Source of the DNA: the human T2T-CHM13v2.0 reference genome, Homo sapiens
Direction: 5' to 3' (one strand)
DNA length: 64,000 nucleotides
Assembly: GCF_009914755.1 (NCBI RefSeq)
Contig: NC_060944.1
Position numbers and translations under genes: made by a program. Within the stretch, counting starts at the first letter, position 1. Each line of letters opens with the position of its first letter. Shown piece by piece: positions 1 through 12,846 of this stretch. The notes under the pieces are model-generated. The model saw only the letters and a list, made by a program, of their open reading frames with translations, made no database searches and was not told the origin of the DNA.

Positions 1-120
1 CCAAGCAGGTCCTCAGTGTGTTTCTATCAAACAGGTACAATTTTTCTCCCAGAGACAGATTCTAGTTGTACATTAGTTGGAGTCTACCAAGAAACAGGCA
101 CCAGACGGGATTAGATATGT

Positions 121-319
121 AAGAGGAGAGAGAGAGGGAAAGGGAGGTGGGGGGAGGAAGAGAAGGCCAGAGGAGGGGGGAAGCTTCAGACCATGATATA
201 GGTCTGAAACCAGAGGGAAAAAGGATGGGAAGGAGGGAGGAAAGGGAAGAAAGAAGGAAGGAAGTGAGGTAGGAGGGAAAGATAGAGGAAGGAAGGGACA
301 GAAGGGAAGGAAGGAAGGG
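121..319. repeat. Purine-rich (GGAA/GA) low-complexity tract
   Basis: Long runs of GGAA, GAGA and GGGA on the + strand. Confidence 0.85.
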
Positions 320-601
<282 letters not shown>

Positions 602-2267
602 GGAGGGAAAGAAGGACTGACTGGATAGGAAGATCTGGGTAGCAAGGACTGGACAGGAAGCATCTTGGACTGCATCAGTTTTAAGAAAGATTGGCCAGGC
701 CAATGGGGAGTCCTCAAACCAAAGCTGCCCATCAGAAGAGCTGCACACCTTCCCCAAATGGACCTGCCTTAAGCACCAATGTGTTCAGACACTGACTGGG
801 CGTGACCACAGGCCAGCGTGGCCTGGGAGGCGCATGCTCAGGGAGCCGAGGAGCTGCAGCTGGTGCTCTCAGCATCAGTGCCACCTGGCACAGAAGGTCT
901 GAGTCCCACATTTTGGTGGCCAGCACAGTCCATCCCTTTTGCCACACAGCTCTGCTTCTCATGCAGGACAGTGAGCAGCACCTCCACGTCCCGTGGGCCC
1001 TCACTTCTGCAGGGAAACTTAACAAATGACAACCTCATTGCTGCCTCTGGTCTTGGGGCTGCCACCAGCACTCACCCCCTTCCCTCCTTCCTCAGCCACA
1101 TCCCCTCTCCCTTAGCCCGTCCCCTCTCTGATCCGGTGGTGGCTTTTTATAAGATAGCTTTATCATACTTCTGTATTGAGGTTCCACTATCTTTATAAGA
1201 TGACTATTACACTGAGTTCTCCTGAGTAATCTACTACACTGAGATCTCATACTTCTGTATTGAGGTTATACCATCTTCCTAAGATGATTATTACATTGAG
1301 CTCTATACGGTTATTACCATGGAGTTGTATATAGTATTACCTTATCTCTTTTATGGTCTTCGTATCTATAATTACACCCTGATTCATAATGCTAAAGTCA
1401 TATATTGGTGGTTTCTCCCTCTCTTTTCTGTTCACCTTTACCCGGGGTTTATCCATCTTATTGCTTTATCTACATTGTTTTATTCATTTTATTCAGAGGA
1501 CTAAGCATCAGAGTTGTGTTCCAATTCTCTTACTTTTCTTTCTCTTAATGTTTTCCCTCTTTATGTTTATGAATCCCTTCTTTCTTTTTGTAGATGTTTA
1601 CATTTTTTATTTTGAATTCTTTAGTTCATTTACTTTTATTGTTTATTGTTTAATAATAAAAAGTTTATGGCTGTACATTTTTTCTTAGTATGGCTTTGGC
1701 TGCATCTATAAATTTTGAAATGAAGTCTTCTTACATCTTTTACTTTCTTCCCAAAGCATAGCTTTGTGGATTTGATTTTTAAAAAATGGCACATGTTCAC
1801 TGTGAAAAAAAAATTAAACCAACAAATACAAAGAAGTAAAAATTGTTAAAACTGCACCATCCACAAATAATCATTATTAACCCAACCATTTACTAAGTAT
1901 CTTTTCAGTCTTATCTTTGTGCATTATACACAAAGATAATATATACAATAATATATACAATATACAAAGATATACAATATACAAAGATAATATACACAAT
2001 ATATAAAAATATGTACAAAATTTACATACATGGGACCCGAATGTGATGCCTTTTCCTGTACTTTCCAGTGTGTTCTATTGGAGCAGTTCTAGGACCTGCC
2101 AATTTTCTGCAACAGTGTATCATGTGTATACTTCCACGTGCATAATTACAGGTCTTGCTCTTCCTTTTAGTGGCTAGATAACATTCCATCATATGGGTGT
2201 TTCATCATGTACTTAACCTTCTGTTGATGGACATTTAGGCTATTTCTGATCTTTTCTATTATAAACT

Positions 2268-2690
2268 CTCTTGGGATGGGTTCTTTGGGAGTGGTGAAAA
2301 GGATTTTTTAAAAAATTTTATTATTATTATATTTTGAGGGTGGGATCTCAGGAGAGGGAGGGAGAGATGTTAAGGCAGACAGAGAAGTTTCCCTTGGATG
2401 CGTCGAGCCTCTGCCTGCCCCCAGGGGTGTTCTGGAGCATAAATTGCACCACACAGTTGATCCCATCATAGGGTAAAGGGGTAGCCTTTGCACCCCCATG
2501 TCCATTCGTCGTTGGCCAGAGATTGGGGGATGGAGTGACCTCCTGGGGCTGCAGTACCTGTTGGCAAGTGGTGTCCTCTGAAGAAGGGGGCAGCTGAGAG
2601 CCTTCACCAGCCGATGTTCCCAGCAGCTGGGGGACAGGTTGCTGCTCCAGTGAAGGGGGCCCAGGAAGGGGCCAAGAACTTCTGCTATAT
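2268..2690 (-). mobile_element. Old ERVL-type solo LTR (LTR16-like)
   Basis: Similar to the copies at 14727, 19935 and 45730 (...CTGGAGC...CCCAGCAGCTGG); family name from memory. Confidence 0.55.
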
Positions 2691-2883
2691 CTGTGGTTCT
2701 TAACAGGCGCGGTTTTGCCTCCCTGCAGACATTTGACAGTGTCTGGAGACATTTTTGATTGTCACAACTGGAGGCTAAGGATGCTGCTAAGCATCCTGTA
2801 ATGTACAGGACAGAGCCCCCAACCCCTGCCACCAAAAATTATCTGGCCCCATATATCATTGATGCCAAGGCTGTGAGACCCTG
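2691..2883 (+). mobile_element. MER20 (hAT-Charlie DNA transposon)
   Basis: GTGGTTCTTAAC...TGTCTGGAGACATTTTTG...GGATGCTGCTAAGCATCCT...GAGACCCTG matches recalled MER20 consensus. Confidence 0.85.
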
Positions 2884-3029
2884 CACTACAAACACAGTCA
2901 AACATTTTTGTGGACTTACCTTTTCTATTTGTACATTTATCTCCTTTGGGATTTCAAAACTTCTTGAAACAGTCATGTGTCTTCATTTTTCCCAAATTCT
3001 GTCCTCCCACCCTTTCCTGGCTTTCGTTT

Positions 3030-4135
3030 TAAGCCCTTCATTGAAACTTCCCACTTCGTGGTTTTTAATGACCTCCATGTTGCTGAATTCTGGGGTCAGT
3101 GCTCAGCCCTTGACTTACTTGCCTGCGCATCAACCTTTGACACAATTGGTCACTTTCTCAGCCTTGCCCAGTGCTTTCCTCACTTGGCTGCTGGGACGCA
3201 CACTCTCCCGCTCCTCTCTGCTCCCTCCGTGTGAGTCTCCTGAGTTTACCTCTGAGCACTGAAGGGGCCCCAGGGCTCAGTCCTCTTTTTATCTATCGCA
3301 GGTGCTCCATGATCCCATCTAGTTTTGTGGTTTCACATACCCTCTATATCCTGAGAACTTCCAAATTTTTATCTCCAGCCCCAAGTATCTCTGTGGTTGT
3401 CTAACAGGCATCTGAAACATACTCTCTCCAAAACCAAGGTCCTGAGACTTCCCCTGCCCTGCTCCTCCATTGCCCTCCGCCCCTTCCCATCTCACCAAAA
3501 GACAGCTCCATCCTCCCAGTTGCTCAGGCCACACATCTAGGGGTCATCATCCCGGACCACCCTTCTTCTCAGTGAGAGAGCTCTAGGTGAGGACCTGGTT
3601 CACAGCCTCCCAGTGCCTTCACATCTCCCTCAAAGTGAGAGCCAGTGATTTATAATGTCCACCAGACCCCGCATAATCTGCATGCCACCCCACCCCCACG
3701 GCTTACTCGGCTCCAGCCCTGCCAGCCTCACCAGTCCTTGAACGTGCCACGGACGAGCCTGCCTCGGCTCTTTGCCATTCCGTTCCTTCTGCCTGAAACA
3801 CGCTTCCGCAGACATCTGCAGAGTATATTCTCATACCTCTGTCTTTCTTAAAAAGTGACTCAGATGTCATTCTCAGGAGGCCCTTCTAAAATTGCACCCC
3901 ATCCCCCACCCAGCACCTTGAGCTCATCTTCCCTGCTCTATTTTCCTCCCTGGCACTTACCACTGTCTAAAGCACGATATATTTATTTGTGTGTCTGCTG
4001 TCACCTCTGTCTCCTTGACTGGAACGCCAGTGCCCTGAGAGCAGGGACTGGGTCTGCTTTGTTCACTGCTGTATCACCAGAACCAAAATCAGTGCCTGGT
4101 ACATAGGAGGCACTCAACAATTATTTTTAAATAAA
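3030..4135 (+). mobile_element. L2 LINE fragments including 3' end
   Basis: Ends CAGTGCCTGGTACATAGGAGGCACTCAACAATTATTT, a typical L2 3' terminus; pyrimidine-rich L2 body upstream. Confidence 0.75.
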
Positions 4136-5079
4136 ATTGGAATGAGTGGTGGGCCAGAAGACATGCACATTTTGAAGCATATTGCCAGGTAATTTTGATT
4201 CGGATGACATGGTGGTGATCGTGGGAGCATTAGTGGTTCGAGGTCTTTTCTACTATTTCTCAGGCCCTGTGCTGAGCGCTTCCTCATGCATTATTTAATT
4301 CTCATGAAACCTTCGAGGTAGACTCTATTGTCACCCCATTGTATGGATGAGGCAGCTGAGGGGATGGAGCTGTGCAGTGTGTTCTGGAGAAATGTTCAGA
4401 CCAGGTGGGTCTGCCCAGCATCACTGCACTGAATCCCTACACACCGCCCAGAAAATGGGCGCATCAGCTGCACCCCCACTCATGGTGCCAGAGATATCAG
4501 AGTTCTCCCCCTCATGTCAGCACTGAATTTTGTAGAACTTTTTAAAAATCTGAACTAATCCTATGTGTGAAAAATGTTATTTTCTCCCCTCCCACCACAT
4601 GTCTGGATCCTTGGGAGGAATGAGTTACAGCTTCCCCCACCCTCAGAAAGAACCCAGATCCTCAGTGGAGGAGTAATTTGATGCCATCAGGAGAGCAGGG
4701 ACCTTGGGGCTGGAAGATTCCAGCTCAAGCCCCAGCTCTATCCTGGGCAATCTTCTTCACCCTTTCAGCCTCAGCTTTCTCATCTGTAAAAAATGGTAAC
4801 CATCATAGCGCCTGCCTCAGAGGAGGGATGTGAGGATAAATGAGGAGCCATTTATGGAGCCTTCCAAACTGTTTACAGGTTGAGAGGCCCTAAAGCTCCT
4901 GGCGGGGTGGGGTGGGGACACATAGTCCTCTGACGTGGCCATGGAGTCCTGGGTAGGGGGAACTCTGATCTTTAAGCCAGCTTGGATTCTAAGATGGCCT
5001 GTTGCCTTGAACGGCTGTACCTGATTGGTCAACATTTGGCCATTGCCCAAAAGGGGCTGGGGATAATGACTTCTTTCCG

Positions 5080-5159
5080 CGTGATTATAGCAGCACAATT
5101 CACAATTGCAAAATGTGGAACCAACCCAAATGCCCATCGATCGAGTGGATAAAGAAACT

Positions 5160-5227
<68 letters not shown>

Positions 5228-5450
5228 ATGGAATACTACTCAGCCATAAAAAGGAATGAATTAATGGCATTTGCAGCAACCTGGGTGTGATTGGAGACTA
5301 TTATTCTAAGTGAAGTAACTCAGGAATGGAAAACCAAACATCGTATATTCTCACTCATAAGTGGGAGCTAAGCTATGAGGATGCAAAGACATAAGAATGA
5401 CTCAATGGACTTTGGGGACTCAGGGAGAAAGGGTGGGAAGAGGGGGAAAA
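5080..5450 (+). mobile_element. L1PB-like 3' fragment containing a (TA)n expansion
   Basis: Homologous to 42225-42590 of the full-length L1 in this window (GCAGCACAATT...GGACTTTGGGGACT). Confidence 0.85.
5163..5217. repeat. (TA)n microsatellite, about 27 units
   Basis: Uninterrupted AT run followed by a short (CA)n. Confidence 0.97.
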
Positions 5451-8400
5451 AGAAGATAAACAGCATATTTTGAACTAAAAATTACTCCTTGATATTAATA
5501 GTGGGCATTCCTCTTAAATTATGGATTAAAAAAACCCTAGGAATTTGTTTTACCTCAAAAATAAAATAAACCGTAATAAACCTAAAAAGGGGGTGCTGGA
5601 GAGCAGGAAATGTGTGGCTTCTTCTGCCTCCCTGACACTGTCTCAGGCCAGACCTCCCCACACCCCCTTCATCAATTAAATTGTGGTAAATTAGGCGGTA
5701 GGAACCACCCCAGAACTCCAAGTCCTTCTGTGCCTCAGGTCCACTGTGTGACCTCAGGGCTGGTTCTGACCCTCTCTGGGCCTCCTTCCTTCTTCTGTGG
5801 GGTGAGGCCACTGAGCCCCATCCCTGAGCACCCACAACTCTCCTGGGAAAGGATCTGGGAAGCTTTTCCTGCCGCCTCCTCCCCACCTTGGGCATTTCAG
5901 TCTCGGCTTAACCAGCCACTTCAACACAGGCAACACTTTTCTCGAGAGTTCATAAAAACATGTAAACACGGGTGAGGATACAAAATATTGAGCGGCGAGG
6001 CAGTAAAACACGGCAGTGTTTGTTGTGTTAACTGAATATTCATGAGCTGACTGTTTAAATTACAGTTCACAACTGTTGCAGGGCCTGATGAATAATTTAA
6101 ATGAGGGTGGCCAAAGAGATTTCAACACTGCATTAGCAAACTGCTCAGGATCAGCTTCAGAGAATTTATAATTAGCTCAGAATAGCCTATAATAAATTCT
6201 TTGGAAAGATGGTTTTAATTAGCACATGTGCCAATTCAGAATGGAGAATGTTCAGCGTTCAGGGGAGGGGGTGGGTCACCCTCCCCTCCTTCTTATGTTT
6301 CCCCGTCATGCGGAGGTCCCACCACCTGCCTGGGATCCCTGAGCCATGCTGAGCCCACCCGGAACCCACCACCAGGCTTCCTGCCTTGAGTCTGTCCCGC
6401 CTCCACTGCCCCATCCCAGCTTAGGCCTCTCCGCCATAGCCTGTGCAGCTGCAGAAGCCTCTGACCTGGTCTCCCTGCTTCTGTGTCTCCTGCTCCAGTT
6501 CATCCCCATGGGGGCAGCCAGTGGGAACTTACTGGATGCAGATCTGATTCCATCTCTGCCCCATTTGGAGATCCTTAATTGAGGAGGCCCAGAGAGATGA
6601 AGTGGCTGGTCGAGCTCAAATAGGTCCCAGAGACCAGTTGACTTCAGCCAGTGCCTAGGTGCTTGGGGATGGGTGAGGCATCACTGGCAGAAGGAAGTGC
6701 ACAGGCAAAGATGAGGAGGCAGGAATGTTCTGTGTGTCGGGGGCCAGTGGGGAGCAGGACAAGCAGAGGCTTGGAGAAAGCAGGGGCCCGACCATGGCGT
6801 GCCTCAAATGCTTCGAGGTGGAGGATGTAGGAGGGAGGTCCCACTTAGGGGATCATGGAGGCTGCCAGTCTGGGGCCTAGAGCTCCCAGCCCACCTGGCT
6901 CATTCCTCAACATGTGCTGAGTGCCTGACAGGTGCCAGACCTCGGGCTGGGCACTGGGGAAACGGCTCAGAGCAAAGCACCAGCCACGGTTCCCTCTTTC
7001 ATAAATGGAGCACACAACCAGAGCCATGTACACACTCAGCCGAAGGTACGACTAACAGCTGTGACAAGTTCAATGGAAAAAATAACAGGGTGTCAGGAGA
7101 GAGAATCAGCAGGGATCCTGATTTAGGTGGGGAGCCAGGGAAGGCCTCCTGAAGGCAAGGGCATTTGAACTGAGTCCAAAAGTGAGTAGGGGTGAAGGAG
7201 GCCAACTGGTCCCAGGTGGAAGGGGCTGCCCCATTCCCAGAGGGGGTGCTGTGGCTGGGCAGGGGGGTGAGGGGGTCTAGTAGAGCCCCCAGCAGCAGCC
7301 TAGGGTGGGGCTGGACTGGTTCTGGGAGAGGGGCATCTGTCTATGGGGAGCTCATTGCTGGAGGAGAAAATAACCTACTTTTCTGCTCCCAAACCCTCGC
7401 TGCAGCGCTTAGAGCTGCAAACCTTGAGCAAGACATTGGAGTTTCTCTGCTTCATTCCATCAGGATCACTCACGCACTCATTCAGCCCTCACACTTTTAT
7501 TAAGCCCCTACTATGTACCAGGCACTCTTCCAAGCCCTGAGCAGTGAACAAAACTGATGACAATCCCTGATTCCTGGAGCTTACATTCCAGTGATACAGA
7601 CAAAGACGCAAAGGAGTAAGATGTGCCCTCCCTGGCACTCAGGTGGGGGAGGAAAGGTTCCCTGCCAGATTCTCTGATGCCCCCTCCCAGTCCTGGTGCT
7701 GTGGGCAGGGCTCTCAGACCCCTTTTGAAATAGAAACTGAAGATCAAATTCAGGAATTTGGAGGATTCACAGCTTGGACAGGTCATTTTTAGTTATCCAC
7801 CTGCTGTGACCAAGGGCAGCCAGTTCTGCCTCCTCAGCTCTCTCCTGTCCATGACATCTGCCCCACGTGCCTCTTGACCCTGCCTTTAGCCTCTTGCCCT
7901 GAGCACAGGGGAACCTGCTGGGCCATCCCCCACTCACACACCACTCTGGACCCCCAGTGACTGCCAGACCAAGTCCTCATCCCCTTGTGATCTGCCCCTC
8001 CTGGCTCCCCAAGCTTCGTCCCTTCCTTGGCCACAGTGAACCCTGGAGTCCTGGCAGCCCCCTGACACTCAGGGTCGCCACCGCGCTGATGCTGAACAGC
8101 AAGCCTCGCCCTCCAGCTCCGCTTCCATCACAGCAGTTCTGTGGTTTGTCATTGTTTTCGACCAGTGGTTCCCTCTCAACTCTTCACAAAGATACAGAAA
8201 GATAAGTCACAAAGATTAGTCAAAACAAGACGGATATTGCTGTGCTGACCTGCTTGGTGATAACAAGCAGCATACCCTTTCAGGCACTCTGTAACCGTGG
8301 GGAAGAGGATGTGGTGAGGCCAGCCCAGCCTGCACCATGCCCCTCTGCCCTCAATAGTGAAAAGAGCTCAAACTTTGGGGTCAGACAGACCTGGGTTTGG

Positions 8401-10789
8401 GTCCTGATCCTGCTCTGTGTGCGCTGCAGACAGGGAGCCATGAACCTCACCTCTTGGAGGCTCCGTTTGCTCAACTGTAAGGTGGAAACAGCAGCAGCAA
8501 CCTCACAGGGTTGTTAAAAGAACCACTTGACCCCCAAAATGAGAACATGGCCTGTGAGTGGCAAACCCATGTTCCAGTCACCCGCTTCTGCCGTTAGGAT
8601 CCCCATGGGGAATTGCTGTGATGGGAACACCTGCCCTCCACAATCGCACTTTCTGCTCAGCATCTAAATAGAAAGTTGTCCTGTGACACCTGCTTACTGT
8701 CTCCTCTCTCCCCTCGTGGTCCCAGCAGAGCTTCCAAAAGGGGGTCATTGACTCTGGCTGTCTATATTTCCTCCCCTCCCATTTGCCTTGACCTCTGCCT
8801 CCCTGTGACTATAAAACTCCTCTGGTTAGGGGCACTGATGGCCTTCACGTTGCCAAACCCATTGGGCACCTGCTGTCTTTATCATCCTTGACTTTGACTG
8901 TATGAGACCAGGCTCCTGGTGTCCTCCACCGCTCAGGCCACCCTTTTGCACCCTCCTTTATAGGACTCTCCCGATGCTCCACGCTCATGGCTGGGTACCA
9001 CAAGGGAGTCCAGGCCATTTCCACTGCTCTATCCCCTCTCCTAAGCACCAGACCATGCAATCGGCCCCCACCTGGAGACCCCCACTTGGATGTCATCCCC
9101 AAGTTCAGCTGTCTACAGCTGGCCACTCTCCCCTACCTGGCTGGATGTGTCTCTTCTCCTATGTAAGCAGCCCATGAATTTCATCAGTAATCTGGTATGA
9201 GTCTTAATCTGCCAGAACCAGTCCCCAATCCTAAGTCTCTCCCTCCATCTCTTGCTTTCCATCTATCTGAGTCTCAGATGGTGGCTATATCACCTCTCAG
9301 CTGGAAGTTGCCACCTACTCTTAGCAGCCAAGCTGGCCTTTCTGAAATACAAGTCACTGCTCTGCCTAAAACTCTTATGGGTTTCCAATGACCCTCAGGA
9401 TAAAGTCCAATGTCTTCCCCTGGCATTCAAGGCCCACCCAGCCTGGCCCCTGCCTGTGACTCTAAGCTCCTCCTTCCCCAACCCTCCTCACCCCTCCCAC
9501 TATCCTTCACTCCTGCCAAATCAGGGCCTTTCCTGATGCCCAGTGTGCCCTTGACCGCTGATCTTACAGCCTCACTTGGCCTTTGGCTTCCCTCTCGGCC
9601 CTCACCACCACTGTGACTGTGTATTGATTTGGGTGTAGATGAGCTCCACAGGGCAGGGGAGTCCCAGTGCTCAGCACAGGGCCTGGCATATAGCAGATAG
9701 TTAATAAATACAGATGTGCCTGCTATAAAGTGACACATGCCTTCCTGAAAAACCTGAAAAATCCTAAGAACAAGAGTTTATGGGAAAAATAGAGCTGGGA
9801 CAAACTACTCAAGGTCTATGCAACTTTGTAACCAGAGCACTAAGAGAAAACCATTACATTCCTAATGTATATATCTGCACAATTAAAAAGCATTTGTTAA
9901 ATTCTTCCTTAAAAACCCTCAGTAACAACTGGGGAGGCATTTTGATGGAAGGGGTTTTGAGGAAGGGTGGGGAGACATTTTGATGGAAGTGGGTGTGAGG
10001 TTCACTGCTGAGTTATGGAGACAAGGGCAAAATGCACAAAGATGGAGAAGCAAGCAGTTGGCGCCTTTACACCAGAGCAGGTGGCCAAGTGGTATGAAGG
10101 TGGGCCAAGTGGTACACAAGGGCAGGTGGGGGAAGGTGGGCGAATGGGCATTGGAAGCAGCGCTGCTTCCTCCACTGTTTGCTGAGTCCTGCTCTGTTAG
10201 CGCCCACTGTGTTCAGCCGCTGTTCCTTGGTAGCATAAAATAGTACTGCGCTGGAATAAGCCTGTATGACTGAGCAGGACTCCTCTGCAATGCCACTTTC
10301 CCCGTTCACTGGAAGGGGTGAGATACTTGTGTCACAGGAGCACGCTGCATTTGTCAAGTGGGTGAGCGCATTAGTAGCATGGGTTGTGCTATATTGGTGC
10401 GATTAGCTCATTCCATCTGTTTGTCCCGCTGGACTTGGTGGCCCCTTCTGCGTGGCAAGGTCTGTGCCTGCATTCTTTGTGTCTCAGGTCCTGTGGCTCA
10501 TTGACCGCCACCGTTTAGGTCCTGAGGCTGTGACAGTTCACAGGCCACTGTTTCTGCCCTCAAAGAACCAACCGAGAATACACCATGTGGCCTGTGGGAG
10601 TTAACCAAAAGCACTTGCTGGAGAAATGCCTAAGCTGCCCATTAAGAGACTTACCATAGGCCAGGAAAATGAAGTGGGCTCTGAACCTTGGCAAGAAGGG
10701 GTGGATTTGGGAGACCAGGAGGAGGTGGCATGTGCTTTTGAGGGCCCAGCAGATGTGGAGGGTGAAGGGAGGGGGAGGTTGGTGGATAA

Positions 10790-11650
10790 CTCATTCAACA
10801 TTCACTGAACCCCCTGCTAGGTGTCGCGGTCTAGATACCAGCAGGCGCTGGTCTAGATACCAGCAATACATCAGTGAACAAAACAAAGATCTTTGCCCAT
10901 GTGCAATTTACATCCTAGCAGGGGGAGCGAGATAATAAACAATAATCTACTAAATAAGTCATGCAGTATGTTAGCAGGTGTTAAGTACTTTGGAAGAAAG
11001 AACAGAAGCATAATGGGATGGGGAATGCTGGCCCGGTGTGAGGGGCAGGGGAGCGGGTTGCAGTATTGGGTAGGATGGTCGGGGAAGGCCTTCTGATAAA
11101 ACTGTGGTTTGAAGGAAGTCTTGCAGTAGGTGAGGGAGGGAGCAGGGTGAGTATCCCCTGCTGGGTGGGGGAAGAACATTCCATGCAGAGGCAGTAGCTC
11201 ACCTCCCATGGTTTTCCAGCTCAGCACTACTGACATTTTGGACTGGATTGTTCTTCATTGCGGGGCTGCCCTGTGCATTGCAGGATGTTGGCCAGCTTCT
11301 CTGGCCTCTACCCACCAGATGCCAGGAGCGTCCCCGCGGTTGTAACAACAAAAATGTCTGCACATAATGCCAGATATCTCCTGGGGACAAAAATGCACTG
11401 AGCTAGAAGAGAGCCCTGTGGTGGGAGGCTGCTCGAGTGCTGAAGGAAGAGCAAGTGGGGGTGGATGTGATGGAGAGGGGTGATGGAGGGGACTGGAGTT
11501 GGGGAGGCCAGAGAGGTGCCAGGTGGTGGTGGTGGTGGTTGAGTTGTTATAGGGGCTTGTGGCTCAGTAAGGACTTTGGCTTTTACTTGAGATATAGTAG
11601 GGAGCTGGAGCTGGCTCTGAGCAGAGGAGAGAGGGTCTGTATTGCAGAGG
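10790..11650 (-). mobile_element. L2 fragment interrupted by MER20
   Basis: Starts CATTCAACATTCACTGAAC (reverse L2 tail); GGACTTTGGCTTTTACT... near 11570. Confidence 0.65.
11207..11400 (-). mobile_element. MER20
   Basis: CTCAGCACTACTGACATTTTGG...CTCTACCCACCAGATGCCAG...AAAAATGTCT is reverse-complement MER20. Confidence 0.85.
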
Positions 11651-12340
11651 TGGGGAGCACGGGGACTCCCCACAGCCCCATCCCAACCTGAACAGAAACC
11701 TCACACCCCCAGCTGAGCAATCCCAGACCCAGGGGCTTGGTGACCCGTATTTGCAAACCTTTCTTCTAAGACAAAACCAGCCCCCAAAGGGGACAAATTG
11801 CTTTTCATTTCTCTGCTTCTCCGCCGGCGGCTTCATATTCATAACACGATGATCAGTATCACCAGGAATGGGGCTGTTGCCTTAAAGGATAAATTAGTCT
11901 GACTCTTAACTCAATAATTAAAACTGTGATGGCACTTGGCCTGCAGGGATAATATGCTATTATTATAGTCGTTTGTTTCAATTAAATGCTTACTGATTTT
12001 ACAATAGCAGCTGGGCACCTGTGCGCTACAGCTATTATTCTGAACAAGACATCTACATTTCAGGAGAAATTTGTCAGCGTGCAAAGGATCTCCCACCAAG
12101 CATGAAAGTGTATTAGCAATACGTACTGACGAGGCTTCGGGGCCAGAGGCAGGCACGGGGGAGGCTTCCTATTGGTTCTCTTTTCCTCTCTTTTGTGCTA
12201 GATTTTTTTTTTCCAAAAAGGAGATAGTTTTCAATTATTTGACACTTGAAGCCCCAGGACATCTCAGAGAGCAGTGTGCCCCTGGGAAGACTCGCATGGG
12301 GGAGCTTTAGTTGTGACTTCCCACATCATTGATTCTGGGC

Positions 12341-12846
12341 TGCAGTAAACTGAATCATGCCCCACCAGATGCCCATGTCCTGATCCCTGGGGCCTGTAAC
12401 TGTGTTACCTTATATATCAAAAGGGGCTTTGCAGATGTGATGAAGGTAAAGATCTTGTGATGGGCATATGGCTCTGGTTTATTTGTGTGAGCTCAATGAT
12501 GTAATTTCAGAAGTACTTACAAGAGGGAGATGGGAGGGCCCAACAGACAGAACCACTGCTGATGAAACCACAGAAGCAGAGAGCAAAAAGGTCATGTGAT
12601 GTGGGGCCACAAGCCAAGGCATGAGGATACGGTTCATCCAAAAAAAAAAAAAAAATTATGGAAATGCTTCTCCCCTGGAGCCTCCAAAGAGAATGAGCCC
12701 TGCCAACACCTTCACTTTAGTTCAGTGAGACTCATTTTGGACTTCTGACTTCCAGGAGGTGCATGTGCTGTTCTTGCTCCTGCAACGGAAGGAATTTTTA
12801 TTAAGTTTGTGGTAATTTATTACAGTAGCAACAGGAAACTAATACA
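12341..12846 (+). mobile_element. MLT1 (MaLR) solo LTR, MLT1D-like
   Basis: TTTGCAGATGTGAT..., CCCTGCCAACACCTT..., ends GTTTGTGGTAATTTATTACAGTAGCAACAGGAAACTAATACA. Confidence 0.85.

Noticed and set aside
2778-2797. Hairpin AGGATGCT-GCTA-AGCATCCT
   Set aside because: Intrinsic to the MER20 consensus.
10153-10170. Perfect 18-bp palindrome GGAAGCAGCGCTGCTTCC
   Set aside because: Nine-bp arms are expected about 0.24 times per 64 kb by chance (64000/4^9); no supporting context.
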